IMG/VR virus record: IMGVR_UViG_3300045921_000105
Span: 1 to 35,707 of that record
Source of the DNA: a virus
DNA: 35,707 nucleotides
Reading direction: 5' to 3' (one strand)
Of this stretch, positions 33,313 to 35,707 are shown in pieces. Made by a program: the position numbers and the translations under genes. The notes under the pieces were generated by a model that was not told the origin of the DNA, made no database searches, and saw only the letters and a program-made list of their open reading frames with translations. The first letter of the stretch is position 1, and each line of letters opens with the position of its first letter.

Positions 33313-34715
33313 ACGATGCCCCGCAGACGGCGCCGTATCGGCACGTTCCAGTCGGCCTTGGGAGCCCCGATCATCGTGGCCGCCTCGTTTGCCAGTGTCA
33401 GACATACCGCATCCGCCATGTCCGGGGACGCCGCCCCGTGCCTGCTCTTCATCTCTTCCTTGCCGAGGGCGCGAACCTTCCCCGATGAGGTGAAGGTGTA
33501 GCGGATCGAGGAGAGTTCGGCAAGCAGCGTCGGGTCGTGCGGCAGACTGGCCGTGCGGGCTTCGAGGAGCCCGCGAAGCCGGTAGAGCAGTTCCGTGCGC
33601 AGGTTGGCATACGTTCCTCCGAACGAGGGCACCTCCGACACGTTGATGCCGCGGACGGGCAGGCCGAGTTCCCGAAGCCGGTCGTAGACGCCCGATCCGA
33701 GCCCCACCACGTCCACCAGCATTTCCGACGGGTCGTCGCCGACCAGCCGGGCCGCGTCGTAGGCCGCCTTCACCCGCCCGACCGTCTCCATGGTGTCGTG
33801 CCCGCGCCACCGCTCGACGCCGATGATCGCCATGCCGCGGCGCCGTGCCAGCGCCGTGTAGTCCGCCCCGAACCGCGCCACGTCCAGCCCCCATACGGGC
33901 TTCGTGCCGGGGTCCGGGACGACGCTGCGCCGCATGGCGTCCTCGATCAGGGCGTAGGGCAGGATCGTGTCGTCGTCCGCTCGCGGAAACTCGCCCAGCA
34001 CCCGAACCCGGAACGCCGCGCTGTCCTCGCCATACCGCGCCCGCATCTCTGCGACGAACTCGGCGCTGACCAGTGGGTTGTCGATGCAGGACCAGCGCCG
34101 CGTCCACCACTGATCCGCCAGCCGGGTCTGCGTATCGAAGAAAAATCCTCCGCTGCGCGTGGGGTTCGACAGCAGCACCGTCGTCGCCGTGTGCCCCGAC
34201 ATCGAGCCCGCCGCGGCCTCGAACACCTGATCCGGCACCGCCGATGCCTCGTCCGCCACCAGCAGCACATGCGGCGCGTGAATACCTTGCAGCGCCTCGG
34301 GGTTCTCCGCGCGGCTCGTCCGCGCCGAGATGAACGCCTGCTCCGGCGACGCCTTCAACTCGATGCGATCCGACTTGACCTCGATCAGCGACTGGATCAT
34401 CGGCGGCAGCCGGTTCACGAGCCCCTTGAGTTCGGCGAACAGCGCGTCGAAAAGCTGCGCGCTCGTCGGGGCCGTCACGACCCCCTTGCTCGGATACCGC
34501 AGCAGAAGGTGCCACAGCAGCGCCATGGACGCGGCCGTGGACTTGCCGGTTCCGTGCCCCGACCGGACGGAAACATGCCGTATCGCCGGGTCTGCGACCG
34601 CGCGCAGAAACTCCGCCTGATGGTCCAGCGGCGCAATCCCCACAACATCTTTCGCAAAGGCGACCGGATCGTTCCGATACCGCTGGACGAACTCGACGAA
34701 AGGGTTACTGCTCAT
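33309..34715 (-). CDS. terL: Terminase large subunit
   Basis: Walker A VRSGHGTGKS, VTAPT, Walker B VADEAS, LSNPTR, nuclease GLDVARFG.D and SPDMADA. Confidence 0.95.
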   Translation of the reverse strand: MSSNPFVEFVQRYRNDPVAFAKDVVGIAPLDHQAEFLRAVADPAIRHVSVRSGHGTGKSTAASMALLWHLLLRYPSKGVVTAPTSAQLFDALFAELKGLVNRLPPMIQSLIEVKSDRIELKASPEQAFISARTSRAENPEALQGIHAPHVLLVADEASAVPDQVFEAAAGSMSGHTATTVLLSNPTRSGGFFFDTQTRLADQWWTRRWSCIDNPLVSAEFVAEMRARYGEDSAAFRVRVLGEFPRADDDTILPYALIEDAMRRSVVPDPGTKPVWGLDVARFGADYTALARRRGMAIIGVERWRGHDTMETVGRVKAAYDAARLVGDDPSEMLVDVVGLGSGVYDRLRELGLPVRGINVSEVPSFGGTYANLRTELLYRLRGLLEARTASLPHDPTLLAELSSIRYTFTSSGKVRALGKEEMKSRHGAASPDMADAVCLTLANEAATMIGAPKADWNVPIRRRLRGIV

Positions 34716-35217
34716 CCGGCGTCACGTCGATCATGTCCGGCGCCGCGCCGTCCTCAGACGGCAGGGCGCCGGGTTGCAACAGCGCATGAAGGTGCAGTTG
34801 CTGGACATTCACGGTCACGTTCGTCGCCGCAGCGGCGGCGACACCCGGCGCATAATCCTTCGGATTGTGCACCGCCGCCAGCCACTTCCGCGTGTTCACC
34901 TGCTCGCGCACGATCTGCGCCTGCGGACTGGTCAGCGCGGGGTTTCCGGCGGCGCTGTCCACAATGCTCATCGCCTCGCCAGCGAGACGGTCGGCGTTCA
35001 GACGCCGCCCGATGTTGACAGCTTCCAGCCATGTTTTGTTCGCGTTGACCACCTTCCACGCCAGACCATCGCTGCGGCCAAGCAGCTTCGCCAGCGTCCC
35101 GTAGGTTCCGCCGTCGGCCCACCACTTGGTCAGAAAATCTTCGGGCGTCGTGCCCCTCTCTTCCGCGATCTCGCGGACTTTCCGGATGGAGGCGCGCAGG
35201 ATAGGGGTGGCTGCCAT
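34705..35217 (-). CDS. terS: Terminase small subunit-like protein
   Basis: N-terminal HTH, LAGEAMSIVD, QVNTRKWLAA..NPKDY (Sf6-type pattern). Directly upstream of terL. AAGGA RBS. Confidence 0.75.
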   Translation of the reverse strand: MAATPILRASIRKVREIAEERGTTPEDFLTKWWADGGTYGTLAKLLGRSDGLAWKVVNANKTWLEAVNIGRRLNADRLAGEAMSIVDSAAGNPALTSPQAQIVREQVNTRKWLAAVHNPKDYAPGVAAAAATNVTVNVQQLHLHALLQPGALPSEDGAAPDMIDVTPDEQ

Positions 35218-35248
35218 GGGGGGTTTCCTTGTCACGGTTTCTGTGTAT

Positions 35249-35276
35249 GCTATAGCTTCGGCAGATTTTTTTGCAA
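35249..35276 (-). promoter_or_regulatory. Putative promoter of the packaging/structural operon
   Basis: TTGCAA-N16-TATAGC, about 30 nt upstream of ATG 35217. Confidence 0.45.
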
Positions 35277-35377
35277 GGGGCGGTTCGGCATAGGGCGGGG
35301 GCCGTGGGGGTCGGTGTCTGTGACCCTCCAAAAATATTACCCGGCTAAAATCGCGGCGGCGGGGGGTTTGCGCGGCT

Positions 35378-35405
35378 TTGTCTGATAAGGCAGATTATGT
35401 AAACT
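35378..35405 (+). other. dif-like XerC/XerD recombination site
   Basis: TTGTCTGATAA-GGCAGA-TTATGTAAACT: 11-6-11 architecture with ATAA-N6-TTATGT core, compared with E. coli dif GGTGCGCATAA-TGTATA-TTATGTTAAAT. Confidence 0.7.
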
Positions 35406-35419
35406 CGCCGGTCTAATAA

Positions 35420-35432
35420 AATCAATTACTTA
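35420..35432 (+). promoter_or_regulatory. IHF consensus binding site
   Basis: AATCAA-TTAC-TTA exactly matches WATCAANNNNTTR, with an A/T tract 5' of it. Confidence 0.6.
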
Positions 35433-35573
35433 ACCGAGGGCCGTCGGCCAAGTGCCGGATTGTTGCCGCGAAACGGCCTAATCGCAGCAGAAAAACGACG
35501 CAATTTTAGCCACGCAGTCGCAGGGTGGCGCCGACGCCGCGCCGCGCCTAGAGCACCTCTAGACCGGCACTCG

Positions 35574-35707
35574 ACAGCCCACAGCCCACAGCCCACAGCC
35601 CACAGCCCACAGCCCACAGCCCACAGCCCACAGCCCACAGCCCACAGCCCACAGCCCACAGCCCACAGCCCACAGCCCACAGCCCACAGCCCACAGCCCA
35701 CAGCCCA
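35574..35707. repeat. Perfect heptamer tandem array (ACAGCCC)x19, running off the window end
   Basis: 134 bp of uninterrupted 7-bp period. Confidence 0.97.

Larger units (their letters stand above)
1..35707. mobile_element. Tailed bacteriophage (podovirus-type virion, PolA/Prim-Pol replication module), near-complete
   Basis: Terminase, portal, scaffold, capsid, adaptor/nozzle, ejection proteins, endolysin and phage replication genes. No tape measure or sheath gene and no host housekeeping genes. Confidence 0.95.

Noticed and set aside
690..34715. Genome-wide TGA recoding
   Set aside because: Core genes are intact under the standard code, and many ATGA start/stop overlaps show TGA acting as stop.
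35426..35701. ORF encoding (GCGLWAV)n
   Set aside because: It is only the translation of the heptamer array, with no RBS or defined start.
35574..35707. Telomerase-type telomere, or Chi/KOPS array
   Set aside because: The C-rich strand runs 5'->3' toward the end, opposite to telomere polarity, and no reverse transcriptase or protelomerase is seen. GCTGTGG is neither E. coli Chi (GCTGGTGG) nor KOPS (GGGNAGGG).

Overview
The whole window looks like a near-complete, GC-rich tailed phage of podovirus type. Promoter style and gene content suggest an alphaproteobacterial host (inference). The left arm is a replication module: DUF932, Prim-Pol/helicase, family A DNA polymerase, VRR-NUC, a ribbon-helix-helix regulator, DUF2800 Cas4-like nuclease, an SSB-like protein, SNF2 helicase and DUF5664. 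The right arm is one long minus-strand operon: TerS, TerL, a four-gene accessory cassette, tail adaptor/fibres/nozzle, ejection proteins, then portal-scaffold-capsid, then lysis. No integrase, CI-type repressor, par genes, tRNA or CRISPR array is recognisable. The most notable signals are: (1) a 28-bp dif-like XerC/XerD site next to an exact IHF consensus and a 19-copy heptamer array upstream of terS, suggesting a tailed phage that borrows host Xer recombination; (2) a cassette of putative co-ejected effectors between terL and the tail genes; (3) a holin-like protein nested in-frame at the endolysin C-terminus with its own RBS; (4) a 46-bp repeat with hairpins flanking the DUF932 module; (5) a shared GGCC-repeat promoter/operator. 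All family assignments come from motif recognition by eye; no searches were run.
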